From assembly GCA_023256355.1 (NCBI GenBank), contig JAGDXJ010000005.1, positions 1,222 to 65,221 of the forward strand: a stretch of 64,000 nt of DNA. The letters run 5' to 3'. Both the position numbers and the translations under genes were made by a program. A model generated the notes under the pieces. That model was not told where the DNA came from. It did not search any database and worked only from the letters and a program-made list of their open reading frames with translations. The DNA comes from Nitrososphaerales archaeon. GTDB lineage: Archaea > Thermoproteota > Nitrososphaeria > Conexivisphaerales > UBA164. This document shows, piece after piece, positions 19,366 to 28,188 of the stretch (positions are counted from its first letter, which is position 1; the number at the start of each line of letters is the position of its first letter).

Positions 19366-20232
19366 GTGAAAAAATTGTCTACATTTTTAGATTCATTAGC
19401 AAAGTTTGCCCTTTCTAGAATAGGACCAAACACATGGCTGTTTAAAATTTTTGGCGACCCTACTGAAGACATTAAAAAAGCATGGATTAACCTTACAGCT
19501 GACGAATACTCTTCCTTGATGTTTCTGGTTTCGATCATCGCATCAGCCTTAAGCGCTGACATTTTAGCGCTTTTATTTATATTCATAAGGATCCCCTGGT
19601 ATATTGTTCCAACGGCTTTTGTTCTGGTTTTCTTTTTGAGCAACGCAACGTTTAGAGTTTACCCGATTTTTCTCAAATCAGAAATTTCAAGCAGTTTAAG
19701 CTTGAGGTTGCCTTATCTGGTAATAGAAATGGCCGCCCTATCAGACACCGGGATGACCATTGAAAAAATATTTGAAAGCATGCTAGAGCTTGAGCCAGAT
19801 AAGTATACTAAAAAGGTGCTCAGCTTTATAGTTAGAAATATCAAAATTTTTGGAATGGATATAACTCAGTCTTTGGACGCAACGATTAAAAGATCCCCAA
19901 GCAGAGACTTTGCAGAGTTTATCCTTTCACTTAAGGGCGCGCTCATGACGGGTTCCGAAGTACGACATTTTCTTGCTGAATACTCTCAAAAGGTTATGAT
20001 AGACAAAAAGATAAACCTAAGATATCTTATAGAAAGGCTTAATATAATTGCTGAAGCTTTCACAACTCTTTTCGTGGTTCTGCCCTCAGTTTTGCTGATC
20101 ATGATACTGCTCTTCACAATGATCTCGTTTAAACCTTATTATTACGTATTTTTCCTGATCATAACATATGGGCTCATACCGTTAATGGGCATCTTCTTTA
20201 TAATGCTGCTGGAGGCAATGAGGCCAAGATGA
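19366..20232 (+). CDS. T2SSF-domain membrane protein (FlaJ/TadB/TadC-like), N-terminal half equivalent
   Basis: 288 aa. A helical cytoplasmic segment ('LPYLVIEMAALSDTGMTIEKIFESM...GMDITQSLDATIKRSPSRDFAEFILSL...TGSEV') is flanked by TM helices. GTG start. Confidence 0.6.
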   Translation: MKKLSTFLDSLAKFALSRIGPNTWLFKIFGDPTEDIKKAWINLTADEYSSLMFLVSIIASALSADILALLFIFIRIPWYIVPTAFVLVFFLSNATFRVYPIFLKSEISSSLSLRLPYLVIEMAALSDTGMTIEKIFESMLELEPDKYTKKVLSFIVRNIKIFGMDITQSLDATIKRSPSRDFAEFILSLKGALMTGSEVRHFLAEYSQKVMIDKKINLRYLIERLNIIAEAFTTLFVVLPSVLLIMILLFTMISFKPYYYVFFLIITYGLIPLMGIFFIMLLEAMRPR

Positions 20233-21050
20233 ATAAAAAGGATATTCCGTTGCTGGCTGGCATATTTGCTGGCATCGCCATCCTTCTGATTATACCGTTA
20301 AAGCGCATAGAAATAATGAGCTATCAGTTCGGCATGATACTCGGGATAACTCTGACAGTTTCTGTTATGCCTTACGGCATAACAGTATACCTTCAGGAAA
20401 GGGAAAATTTAATATTGGACAAAGATCTGCTGGATTATCTATCTCAGGTAGAAAGCTACGTAAAGTCTGGAAAGAGTTTAATGTTCGTTATAACCTTACC
20501 AAAAAACGAAAGGAAGAAGCCATTAAGAAAAAGGCTTGAAGCGCTCGAGAGGATGCTTAACCTTGGAATGTCTCCTGATGAAGCTTTAAACAGAATAGCT
20601 TTGTCAATGCCAACGCTGCTTTCAAAAGAAGCTTTTTCAATCATACACAGGCTTGTTGTGTACGGTGGTGATGTAAGCGGAGTGCTGGAATCGGCGAGAG
20701 AGCATCTTGGAGACCTTTATGCCATTGAAAATGAGAAAAGAAGCGTCATGAGAAACTATGGAAGCATAATATACATTTCATTCTTTATCCTGCTGATCAT
20801 AATAATATTTTTTATCAGGTTTTTCGTTAACAGCACGAGTTCTTTTTCTGCTGTTTCCATGATTTCACCCTTTAGCTCATTTTCAAACGCTTCCGTTGTT
20901 AAAAATCTAATTCTCCAGTTCCTCATTATTGAAGGCTTTGTTTCAGGTTTGATAACCGGAAAATTGATATCGGGGAAGACATCCTCAGGTTTGCTGCACT
21001 CAGCAGTAATGGTAATTCTTACGCTTCTTATTTACTCAATATTTATGTAA
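20229..21050 (+). CDS. T2SSF-domain membrane protein (FlaJ/TadC-like), C-terminal half equivalent
   Basis: 273 aa. 'GKSLMFVI...LGMSPDEALNRIALSMPT...YGGDVSGVLESAREHL' is followed by TM helices. ATGA overlap with the preceding T2SSF gene. The two proteins total 561 aa. Confidence 0.6.
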   Translation: MNKKDIPLLAGIFAGIAILLIIPLKRIEIMSYQFGMILGITLTVSVMPYGITVYLQERENLILDKDLLDYLSQVESYVKSGKSLMFVITLPKNERKKPLRKRLEALERMLNLGMSPDEALNRIALSMPTLLSKEAFSIIHRLVVYGGDVSGVLESAREHLGDLYAIENEKRSVMRNYGSIIYISFFILLIIIIFFIRFFVNSTSSFSAVSMISPFSSFSNASVVKNLILQFLIIEGFVSGLITGKLISGKTSSGLLHSAVMVILTLLIYSIFM

Positions 21051-21094
21051 AAGCGGTTAAACGAAAAGCTGCGCTTCTCAATGCTGAGAGATGG

Positions 21095-21769
21095 TCAGAA
21101 TTTGCTTATTCTAGAATGCCAGATGTAAGCTATTTCTCCGGTAAGCTTGTATACTTTAACGTTATTGAAATGCTCAAACATTTTTTTCCTAACAAATTCA
21201 GGGTCTAGGTTTATTATACTGTTTGTAAGCCAGCGATAAGCCGGGTTGTTGTACAATCCTCCAACAAAATTCACAATCTTAAAATAAACATAAAAAAATG
21301 ACAACGCGAGTCCGTTTGTAGGCTTAGCAGTATCTAGCATGACAAGGTTTCCTTTTTCGTTTAGAACCCTTGCGCATTCATCAAAAACCTCGTCTATACC
21401 CACCTTTTTAAAGCTACGTAAAGTGAAAGAAGATACGATAGTGTCAAAGGCACCATCCCTGAACGGCATGTTTGTCGCTGTACCTATTACAGGATCAGAA
21501 AAGCGTTGAAGTTTCTTTATGTTTTTTAATACCATACTCCTTGTTAAATCCAAACCAACCGGGAAAACACCTCTGTCCTGGTTAACGTTACTTGACAGGT
21601 AACCTGTACCAATTCCAAGGTCAAGCACGGACCTTGATTGGTTTAGAAAGTGTTTTGTAACGCTCCTCCTCCACAGCCTTACTAGCATAAAGCTGAAGAG
21701 ATCGTTGAAGAAATCATACAGTTTTGCTACGTTCTCAAACATGCTTTTTATTTCTTTTTCTGGGGTCAT
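21095..21769 (-). CDS. Class I SAM-dependent methyltransferase (UbiE/MenG-like)
   Basis: SAM-binding motif I 'VLDLGIGTGY' and a UbiE-like N-terminus 'FENVAKLYDFFNDLFSF'. Confidence 0.75.
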   Translation of the reverse strand: MTPEKEIKSMFENVAKLYDFFNDLFSFMLVRLWRRSVTKHFLNQSRSVLDLGIGTGYLSSNVNQDRGVFPVGLDLTRSMVLKNIKKLQRFSDPVIGTATNMPFRDGAFDTIVSSFTLRSFKKVGIDEVFDECARVLNEKGNLVMLDTAKPTNGLALSFFYVYFKIVNFVGGLYNNPAYRWLTNSIINLDPEFVRKKMFEHFNNVKVYKLTGEIAYIWHSRISKF

Positions 21770-21770
21770 T

Positions 21771-22541
21771 TTAAACGATCTCTATTTCGATCTCGTTTCC
21801 CGTCTTTAATTTTAAAAGATCAGAAGCGCTTCCCTGATTGAGAGCAAGTTCATAAAACCCAGAACTTCCAAGAACCATGCAAAGCCCCGCGCACTCCGCA
21901 AAAGTGGCTTTTATTTGCACGTTTCTGTTTCTTATCACGAACTTTTCACCAATACCATTTATGTGTTCTTTTTTTAAGTTTAAAACGATGTCTCCAAATT
22001 TATCAACGTGCAAAACAGTAGCTTTTATGCTATCTTTGTTGACTGTGGGCTCAGGAAACACATATTTTTCTTTAACTTCTGTATTTTCCCCGAGTTCTTC
22101 AACGGGCATGCCTTTAGAAAGGAAAGCCGCTGCAGGAGCAAAAACATCTCTGCCGTCAAACGTCCCATTTCTGTTTTTTAATATTACTTTTTCAGAAGTT
22201 ATTTTTACTGCTCTTTCTATATGATCTTCATATGCAGCTGGGTACAGAACGCCGTTGTCTGGTCCTACAAAAAAGTAATTTTTTGTTTTAATGGCTAACG
22301 GCTGTCTGCTGGTTCCAACCCCAGGATCTACCACTACCAGAAAAATGGTTCCATCTGGAAAGTACTTATAGGAAGCCCACAGCTGAAAAGCCGCATCCAT
22401 TACAGAAAAACTTTTTGCAGATGGAACAAGGTCCAGAATAAGGGCATCGCTGTTTATTTTAAGAATAACGCCTTTCATGACCCCGTTATAATGTTCTTCT
22501 ACTCCAAAATCAGTAAGCAAAGCTATGGCCCTTTTTACCAT
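21771..22541 (-). CDS. SAM hydroxide adenosyltransferase / DUF62 (chlorinase-fluorinase fold) family protein
   Basis: The N-terminal 'IALLTDFG', 'VVDPGVG' and 'GPDNGVL' are typical of DUF62. One nt separates it from the downstream methyltransferase. Confidence 0.7.
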   Translation of the reverse strand: MVKRAIALLTDFGVEEHYNGVMKGVILKINSDALILDLVPSAKSFSVMDAAFQLWASYKYFPDGTIFLVVVDPGVGTSRQPLAIKTKNYFFVGPDNGVLYPAAYEDHIERAVKITSEKVILKNRNGTFDGRDVFAPAAAFLSKGMPVEELGENTEVKEKYVFPEPTVNKDSIKATVLHVDKFGDIVLNLKKEHINGIGEKFVIRNRNVQIKATFAECAGLCMVLGSSGFYELALNQGSASDLLKLKTGNEIEIEIV

Positions 22542-22631
22542 AGAACGACATTAAAACTGCAATTAATTAATCTTTTCAACATTTGTCCATATACAGTTAA
22601 GTTTTTAAACTCATGTGCAAACTCATTTTCA

Positions 22632-23546
22632 ATGAAAGATTTCCTTTCTATAACTGATCTTTCAAAAGAGGAAATCAAAGAAGTATGGTCCATGACAAAT
22701 AAACTCAAGTCTAACCCGTTTAATGAGCTTTTAAAAGGAAAAAACATCCTTTTGCTTTTTGAAAAGCCATCTACCAGAACTCGCGTAAGCTTTGAAGTTG
22801 GAATAAACCAGATGGGAGGTAGTCCAATTTATATGGACGCTTCAACATCTCAATTATCAAGGGGTGAATCAATAGAGGATACCGGTCATACTTTAGAAAG
22901 ATACGTTGATATGATAGTGGCCAGGGTGTACAGGCACGAAGACTTGATCAAGCTTGCGATGAACTTTAGCAAGCCAGTAATCAACGCTCTTTCAGACTTA
23001 GAGCATCCAGCACAGATACTGGCTGATTATTATACAATAAACGAAAAGTTCGGCAAAGTGGAAGGGTTAAAGTTAGCGTTCATAGGGGATGGTCAGAACA
23101 ATGTAGCTACATCTCTTATACTCGGAGCTGCAATTTTAGGCGTAAAGATAATCATATCATCACCTTCAAAATACCAGCCAAAACAGGCGATCATAAGTCT
23201 TGCAGAAGAAATAAGAAAGGGAACTGTAGAGGTTACAGAGGACCCAGTCAAGGCTGTATCTGATGCTGATATAATATACACTGATGTGTTTACGAGCATG
23301 GGGCAGGAAAAAGAAAAAGAAGAAAGGATCAAAGCATTCCTCCCTAAGTACCAGGTAAACAACGAGCTTTTATCAAAGTCCCCAAAGCACTCTCTGTTCA
23401 TGCATTGCCTGCCGGCACATTATGGAGAAGAGGTAACAAAAGAAGTGATTTACGGTCCAAAATCGATAGTGTTTGATCAGGCCGAAAACAGGTTGCACGT
23501 GCAGAAAGGGTTGCTGCTTAAGATGTTTAAAATAAGCTTAAAATGA
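22632..23546 (+). CDS. argF: Ornithine carbamoyltransferase
   Basis: 'FEKPSTRTRVSFE', 'HPAQILAD', 'DVFTSMG' and 'HCLPAH'. The start is placed at the ATG at 22632 ('MKDFLSITDL'). The longer ORF from 22491 overlaps the divergent DUF62 gene and its promoter region. Confidence 0.85.
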   Translation: MKDFLSITDLSKEEIKEVWSMTNKLKSNPFNELLKGKNILLLFEKPSTRTRVSFEVGINQMGGSPIYMDASTSQLSRGESIEDTGHTLERYVDMIVARVYRHEDLIKLAMNFSKPVINALSDLEHPAQILADYYTINEKFGKVEGLKLAFIGDGQNNVATSLILGAAILGVKIIISSPSKYQPKQAIISLAEEIRKGTVEVTEDPVKAVSDADIIYTDVFTSMGQEKEKEERIKAFLPKYQVNNELLSKSPKHSLFMHCLPAHYGEEVTKEVIYGPKSIVFDQAENRLHVQKGLLLKMFKISLK

Positions 23547-23565
23547 CGGGTAAAGCATAATATAG

Positions 23566-23581
23566 GTAAAATTTATAAAAA
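23566..23581 (+). promoter_or_regulatory. Candidate BRE/TATA promoter of tRNA-Lys
   Basis: 'TAAAATTTATAAAAA'. The TATA core 23572-23579 is centred about 27 nt upstream of the tRNA 5' end. Confidence 0.45.
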
Positions 23582-23602
23582 CACTGCATAATACTTTCAG
23601 AT

Positions 23603-23676
23603 GGGCCTGTAGCTCAGCCAGGCAGAGCGGCTGGCTCTTAACCAGTAGGTCGAGGGTTCGAATCCCTCCAGGCCCG
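23603..23676 (+). tRNA. tRNA-Lys (anticodon CUU)
   Basis: A 74-nt cloverleaf. Acceptor GGGCCTG/CAGGCCC. D arm GCTC-AGCCAGGCA-GAGC. Anticodon arm GCTGG-CTCTTAA-CCAGT. T arm GAGGG-TTCGAAT-CCCTC. Discriminator G. No encoded CCA and no intron. Confidence 0.9.
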
Positions 23677-23680
23677 GTAG

Positions 23681-23692
23681 TTTTTTATTTTT
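23681..23692 (+). terminator. Oligo-T terminator after tRNA-Lys
   Basis: TTTTTTATTTTT begins 5 nt after the tRNA 3' end. Archaeal RNA polymerase terminates at T-runs. Confidence 0.5.
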
Positions 23693-23830
23693 AAGTTAAA
23701 TTGTAAAAAATTATGTTCTGATGCACTTATAAAAAGAAGTTGTTAATGGAGCTGAAAATATGTCTCAATGCATATATAAAGCCAGAAATTGATTGAAAAA
23801 GTTTATAAAAACAACGTTAAAGAATACCGT

Positions 23831-24469
23831 ATGAAAATTTCAGCCGTTCTTTTCGATCTAGATGGGACAATAATAGATAGCGCGCCGAACTTGATGTTTT
23901 CTTGGGCATCTACTCTTTCTGAAATTGGTATAAACGTAAAACCTGAGGACTTGAAAAAATTTGTCGGGTTATCACCAAAGGTGATAGTCTCAAAATTTAT
24001 ACCCGATCCGGGCGATGAACTGATTGAAAAACTAAAAGAAAGAAGAAAGATGTACTTTAAAAAGAACATACATCGTGTTAAACTTTTTGATGACGCGGTT
24101 GAACTTTTAAATTATCTGAACCGGGTCAGGATAAAGGCTGCTCTTGCAACCAGTATGGGAAGGGATATGCTGATTGACATGATTCAGTACTTCAACCTGG
24201 ATAGGTACCTTTGCTGCTGGGTAAGCGCCGAAGACGTAAAAGATCCAAAACCAGCGCCAGACGTGTTCTTAAAAGCGCTCGAGCTTACAGGAGCAAAAAA
24301 GGATCTATCTCTGGGGGTAGGTGACAGAGAGTATGATATAATAGCGCTTAAAAAAGCCGGGATAAAATCGGCTCTTGTTAAAAGGGACGAATTTAGCGTG
24401 TGCAATACAGTTACTCCGGACATAACGGTTAATAAATTGAATGAGCTTATTTCATTAATAGAGCCCTAG
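23831..24469 (+). CDS. HAD-superfamily hydrolase (phosphoglycolate phosphatase / beta-PGM-like subfamily)
   Basis: 'AVLFDLDGTIIDS' (motif I), 'ALATSM' and 'GVGDREYDIIALKKAG'. The ATG at 23831 is preferred over the upstream TTG at 23789. Confidence 0.8.
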   Translation: MKISAVLFDLDGTIIDSAPNLMFSWASTLSEIGINVKPEDLKKFVGLSPKVIVSKFIPDPGDELIEKLKERRKMYFKKNIHRVKLFDDAVELLNYLNRVRIKAALATSMGRDMLIDMIQYFNLDRYLCCWVSAEDVKDPKPAPDVFLKALELTGAKKDLSLGVGDREYDIIALKKAGIKSALVKRDEFSVCNTVTPDITVNKLNELISLIEP

Positions 24470-25765
24470 ATTGGCTGAAACTTCTTCTACTTTAGCTTTA
24501 GCATATTCAATGAGTTTTTCAACATTGACGATCCTGTAACTTTCTTTATCTATGATCCCCTGCTCGCTCATTTCGTTCAGTATCCTTTCTAAGTTCTTTT
24601 CATCAAGTCCAAATAAGCTTATGACAGATTTTTTAAAATCTTCATTGTACCCATCCTTCAGCAACATAACGGTTGCGGCAAGGGAAGCCACAGGTTCCAC
24701 GTTCTCATCGTTCTGGAACTTCTTTACAAATTCATCCCTTGTAGCGTCAAGAATGGCTTTAGTCAGATCCGGCACTATACAGAAAACTTCCGAGTCTTTT
24801 CCCGAAATTTCAGCTCTGTTCAGGCTTGCAAGATAACTTGCCGTAAGCTCGTACAGCGTGTTATAAAGCATTTCAGAAATCGAATCGCTGTAAAGTATAA
24901 AATCTGCAAAGAGCGCGAGTTTTGGTGGAAGCTGGGAGGCAAGAAGCTTTTCGCAGGCATTTTTTCCTTTTACAGCACACGGTATGTGATATACTTTGGT
25001 TGTCGCCTCTCTGATTAGCATGCAACAGTTTGGATAGTTAGTGTAAATGCTGCTGTGTGAAACAGCGTAAGCCGCCAGATATGCAGTTGCTGGATCATGT
25101 CTGTCTAACCACATGCCCACTATAGACTGTTTAGCAGTAAACGTTTCTTCTGAAAGTTTTTGAGCCATTTCTATACCAAGAGGAGTAAGCGAATAAACAT
25201 AAAGGTATTCGTCATTGGATGGAACTATATAGTTTAACTGTACAAGATCTAAATCTTCAGCTATTTTTACGAATTTCTCTCTTGAAAACGTTGTATCGCT
25301 CTTAAACGAAGTTTTTTTAACCAGCATCCTTCCAGTAGAGTAAAACTTTATCAGAGTATTTTCAAACTGGGAAAGGTTACTGCCAAGCGCCACTTCACTT
25401 ATCTTTCTTAATGCCTCAAGGCTGACCTCCTTAGGTCTGAGATATTCTTTGTAACTTCTTTCAAAAAGTAACCTGTCATTGCCGATTTTTAGATAACTTC
25501 TGAGATATTCTTCTAAATATGATATATCGACGTTTGTTACGCCCTTTTCAATGTAAAACTTGGGTATTCCCCAGATTACTTTTATTTTTTTATCTTTGTA
25601 GTTTTGGCATTCTTTATCTAACTCTATAAAGACTTCAGAATCTCGACCTTTTATAACGAGGCCCTTGCAGCCTTCAGAAACGACTTCTTGCACGTTAAAA
25701 TTATAATAATGCGCTAGATCATTTATGTAACTTTTGAGCAGATCATCCCAAACTGAGGATTGCAT
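24455..25765 (-). CDS. Hypothetical protein (436 aa), no recognised domain
   Basis: A long uninterrupted ORF with ordinary protein-like composition. An AT-rich TATA-like element lies upstream on the minus strand. A C-terminal 'LERILNEMSEQGIIDKESYRI' looks wHTH-like. No P-loop or catalytic motif was seen. Confidence 0.6.
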   Translation of the reverse strand: MQSSVWDDLLKSYINDLAHYYNFNVQEVVSEGCKGLVIKGRDSEVFIELDKECQNYKDKKIKVIWGIPKFYIEKGVTNVDISYLEEYLRSYLKIGNDRLLFERSYKEYLRPKEVSLEALRKISEVALGSNLSQFENTLIKFYSTGRMLVKKTSFKSDTTFSREKFVKIAEDLDLVQLNYIVPSNDEYLYVYSLTPLGIEMAQKLSEETFTAKQSIVGMWLDRHDPATAYLAAYAVSHSSIYTNYPNCCMLIREATTKVYHIPCAVKGKNACEKLLASQLPPKLALFADFILYSDSISEMLYNTLYELTASYLASLNRAEISGKDSEVFCIVPDLTKAILDATRDEFVKKFQNDENVEPVASLAATVMLLKDGYNEDFKKSVISLFGLDEKNLERILNEMSEQGIIDKESYRIVNVEKLIEYAKAKVEEVSANLGLY

Positions 25766-26098
25766 TGATATACTTTCAAGCCGTTAAATTATAATCTTTC
25801 CTAAAAAACTTTAACTTTATGGGGTTTGAGGATGCAGTAGTCCCCTTCCGTCAGCTTTAGATAGCCCCTTATAAGTATTTTTTAAAAGCTTTCAGCGCAT
25901 TATCTTCCAAATCCTGAAAAGATTGCAGGAATCAGAGAAAAGAAACTTTTCTCATGAAAAACGTCACGAAGCAAAAACTTATGAGCCCAAGTTTGACAAA
26001 AGCAAGATCTCAGGAAAAGCCCGTGTTAAAGCGCGGCGATAAATTGGGAAGCCCTGACCGCAAGATCAGAGTAGCTTAAAAACAGAGGAACATTTAGA

Positions 26099-26111
26099 AA
26101 ACTTTTAAAAT
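26099..26111 (+). promoter_or_regulatory. Candidate TATA box of KH-top6B-top6A operon
   Basis: 'AAACTTTTAAAAT'. The core 26103-26110 is centred about 31 nt upstream of the ATG at 26138. Confidence 0.35.
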
Positions 26112-26137
26112 GCGCCAAAATCATATTTCTTGTCGTC

Positions 26138-26692
26138 ATGGAATTTATAAAAACGATTAAAGTTAATAAAGACAGGATTGGCGTCATTATAGGTAAAAAC
26201 GGTGAAGAAAAAAAGTTTATTGAAGACACCTTTAAAGTTAAGCTTCAGATTGACAGCGAATCAAACGAAGTAGAGGTCCTGGCTACAGATGCAAACTCTG
26301 ACCCTTTTACAGCATCAATCTACATCGAAGCCCTAGGAAGAGGTTTTTCGCCTGAAAGAGCATCCGACCTCCTTAAAGAAGGATACACTATGGTTGTAAT
26401 AAACCTCAGGGACTACGCAGGTACAAGGAATTCATTGATAAGGATCAGATCAAGAATAATAGGAACTAACGGGTCAGCTAGAAAGAGGGTTGAACAGCTT
26501 ACAGATACAAAGATTTCTGTCTACGGGGATCATATAGCTATAATCGGAAAACCGGATGATGTAAAGATAGCAGCAGATGCAGTCATGGACCTTATAAAAG
26601 GAGCCAGACATGTGAGCGTTTTTAACAAGTTGCAGAGGATCAGAACGATCTTGAAGAAAGACCGTTTAAAGCTCTGGGAGAACGAAGCATGA
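26138..26692 (+). CDS. Two-KH-domain RNA-binding protein (Dim2/Pno1-like)
   Basis: Two GXXG loops, 'IGKNGEEKK' and 'IGTNGSARKRVE'; 184 aa. ATGA overlap with top6B. Confidence 0.65.
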   Translation: MEFIKTIKVNKDRIGVIIGKNGEEKKFIEDTFKVKLQIDSESNEVEVLATDANSDPFTASIYIEALGRGFSPERASDLLKEGYTMVVINLRDYAGTRNSLIRIRSRIIGTNGSARKRVEQLTDTKISVYGDHIAIIGKPDDVKIAADAVMDLIKGARHVSVFNKLQRIRTILKKDRLKLWENEA

Positions 26693-28188
26693 TTTCATTT
26701 AAAGAAATTTCACCCAGTGAGTTTTTTTACCAGCACAGAGAACTGGCTGGCTTCAGCAACCCTGCAAGGGCCCTTTACTCAGCCATTAGAGAGCTTGTAG
26801 AAAATTCGCTTGACGCCTGTGATGGTTACGGGATTCTACCGGACGTTCTTATAAGAATAACAGAAACAGAGCCTTCACCTTCTGATATTAAAGAATTTGA
26901 GATCTATATAAAGGACAACGGGATAGGCATACCACCAGAAAGGCTTCCAAGAGCTCTGGGAAAAGTTTTCTACGGCTCAAAGTTTACGTTAAAACAGTCT
27001 AGGGGAACTTTTGGAATGGGAGGAACGATGAGCATCCTTTATGCACAGATAACTACCAACAAGCCTTTACGCGTATGGAGCAACACAGGAAACGGGGAAA
27101 CGCATTACTTTGAGCTCATGATAGATATTGAAAACAACAAACCGATGGTTTTAAAACATAAAAAATTCTATCCCGAGAACTGGAGAGGCACGGCTATCAA
27201 AATCAACATGCTGGGAGACTACGTCAGGAGTTCTCAAAAGATCCAGGAATATTTCAGAAGATTGGCTCTGTTTACCCCCTATGCAAACATAGTCTTTGAA
27301 GACCCAAACGGGGAAGTTTTTGCTTTTAAGAGGAGCGTTGACAAAGTTCCGCCTCCCCCGCGTGAGGTCCAGCCACATCCAAAAGGCGTTGATCTGGAAT
27401 TATTAAGAAGAGTTGTTCAGAGATCAACATCAAAGACAGCTTTGAGCTTGCTTACAAACAGCTTTCAGAGGGTCGGAAGGAAAACAGCGCTTGAAATACT
27501 CAAGATGGCCAATGTGGATCCAAACAAACGTCCCTCAGAACTTAAAATGGAAGAAATGATGAGTCTTATCAACGCAATGAAAACGTACGAAAAGTTTTTG
27601 CCGCCTGACCCTTCATGTCTTTCTCCTCTCGGTAAAGAGCTTATAGAAGAAGGTATTAAAAAGGAGCTTAACCCGCAGTTCGTTTATGCGTTATCAAGGA
27701 AACCGTCGTCTTATGAGGGTTATCCATTTATAGTAGAAGCCGCTGTGGCGTCCGATAAAACGCCCGGAATCAAAGTTTTAAGGTATGCAAACAGGATACC
27801 TCTTCTTTATGATGAAAAGAGTGACGTAGTATGGAAGTTGCTTAACGAAGAAATAGATTTGAAGCGTTATAAAATAGATGAAGATGAACCAGTTATGATT
27901 CTTACTCACGTATGTTCAACAAAGGTTCCTTACAAAACTGTTGGAAAAGAATTTGTTGCTGATATCCCAGAAGTTGAAAAAGAAATGAAGCTCGCGCTCC
28001 AAAAAGTGCTCAGGGAATACTCTTTGTTCATAGGTAAAAAGGTAAAAATTGAAGCGCAGAAAAAGAAAAAGAACGTCTATGAGCTTTATCTACCGATGAT
28101 AGCTAAATTTGCGGCTTTGCTGGGGGAAACGAAAACCCCGAACGTTTCTGGATTGATAGATTCTGTAAAAGTGGTTGACATTGAATAG
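26689..28188 (+). CDS. top6B: DNA topoisomerase VI subunit B
   Basis: GHKL ATPase motifs 'ELVENSLDA', 'DNGIGIP' and 'GTFGMGG'; 499 aa. It lies immediately upstream of top6A. Confidence 0.9.
   Translation: MISFKEISPSEFFYQHRELAGFSNPARALYSAIRELVENSLDACDGYGILPDVLIRITETEPSPSDIKEFEIYIKDNGIGIPPERLPRALGKVFYGSKFTLKQSRGTFGMGGTMSILYAQITTNKPLRVWSNTGNGETHYFELMIDIENNKPMVLKHKKFYPENWRGTAIKINMLGDYVRSSQKIQEYFRRLALFTPYANIVFEDPNGEVFAFKRSVDKVPPPPREVQPHPKGVDLELLRRVVQRSTSKTALSLLTNSFQRVGRKTALEILKMANVDPNKRPSELKMEEMMSLINAMKTYEKFLPPDPSCLSPLGKELIEEGIKKELNPQFVYALSRKPSSYEGYPFIVEAAVASDKTPGIKVLRYANRIPLLYDEKSDVVWKLLNEEIDLKRYKIDEDEPVMILTHVCSTKVPYKTVGKEFVADIPEVEKEMKLALQKVLREYSLFIGKKVKIEAQKKKKNVYELYLPMIAKFAALLGETKTPNVSGLIDSVKVVDIE

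Noticed and set aside
19347-19643. 98-codon minus-strand ORF overlapping the start of the first T2SSF gene.
   Set aside because: It lies antisense to a gene with a coherent membrane-protein profile, and it has no motif and no upstream signals.
22491-22631. 47-codon N-terminal extension of the argF ORF.
   Set aside because: It overlaps the divergent DUF62 gene start and the shared promoter region. The canonical OTCase N-terminus begins at the ATG at 22632.
23603-25765. tRNA-Lys as the attachment site of an integrated element carrying the HAD and 436-aa orphan genes.
   Set aside because: I found no direct repeat of the tRNA 3' half downstream and no integrase, transposase or other mobility gene. 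The hypothesis is unsupported by the sequence.
25766-26137. Replication origin in the long gap next to the topoisomerase VI operon.
   Set aside because: There is no cdc6/orc1 gene nearby and there are no clear ORB-type inverted repeats. No pronounced AT-rich unwinding element stands out from the genome's general AT-richness.
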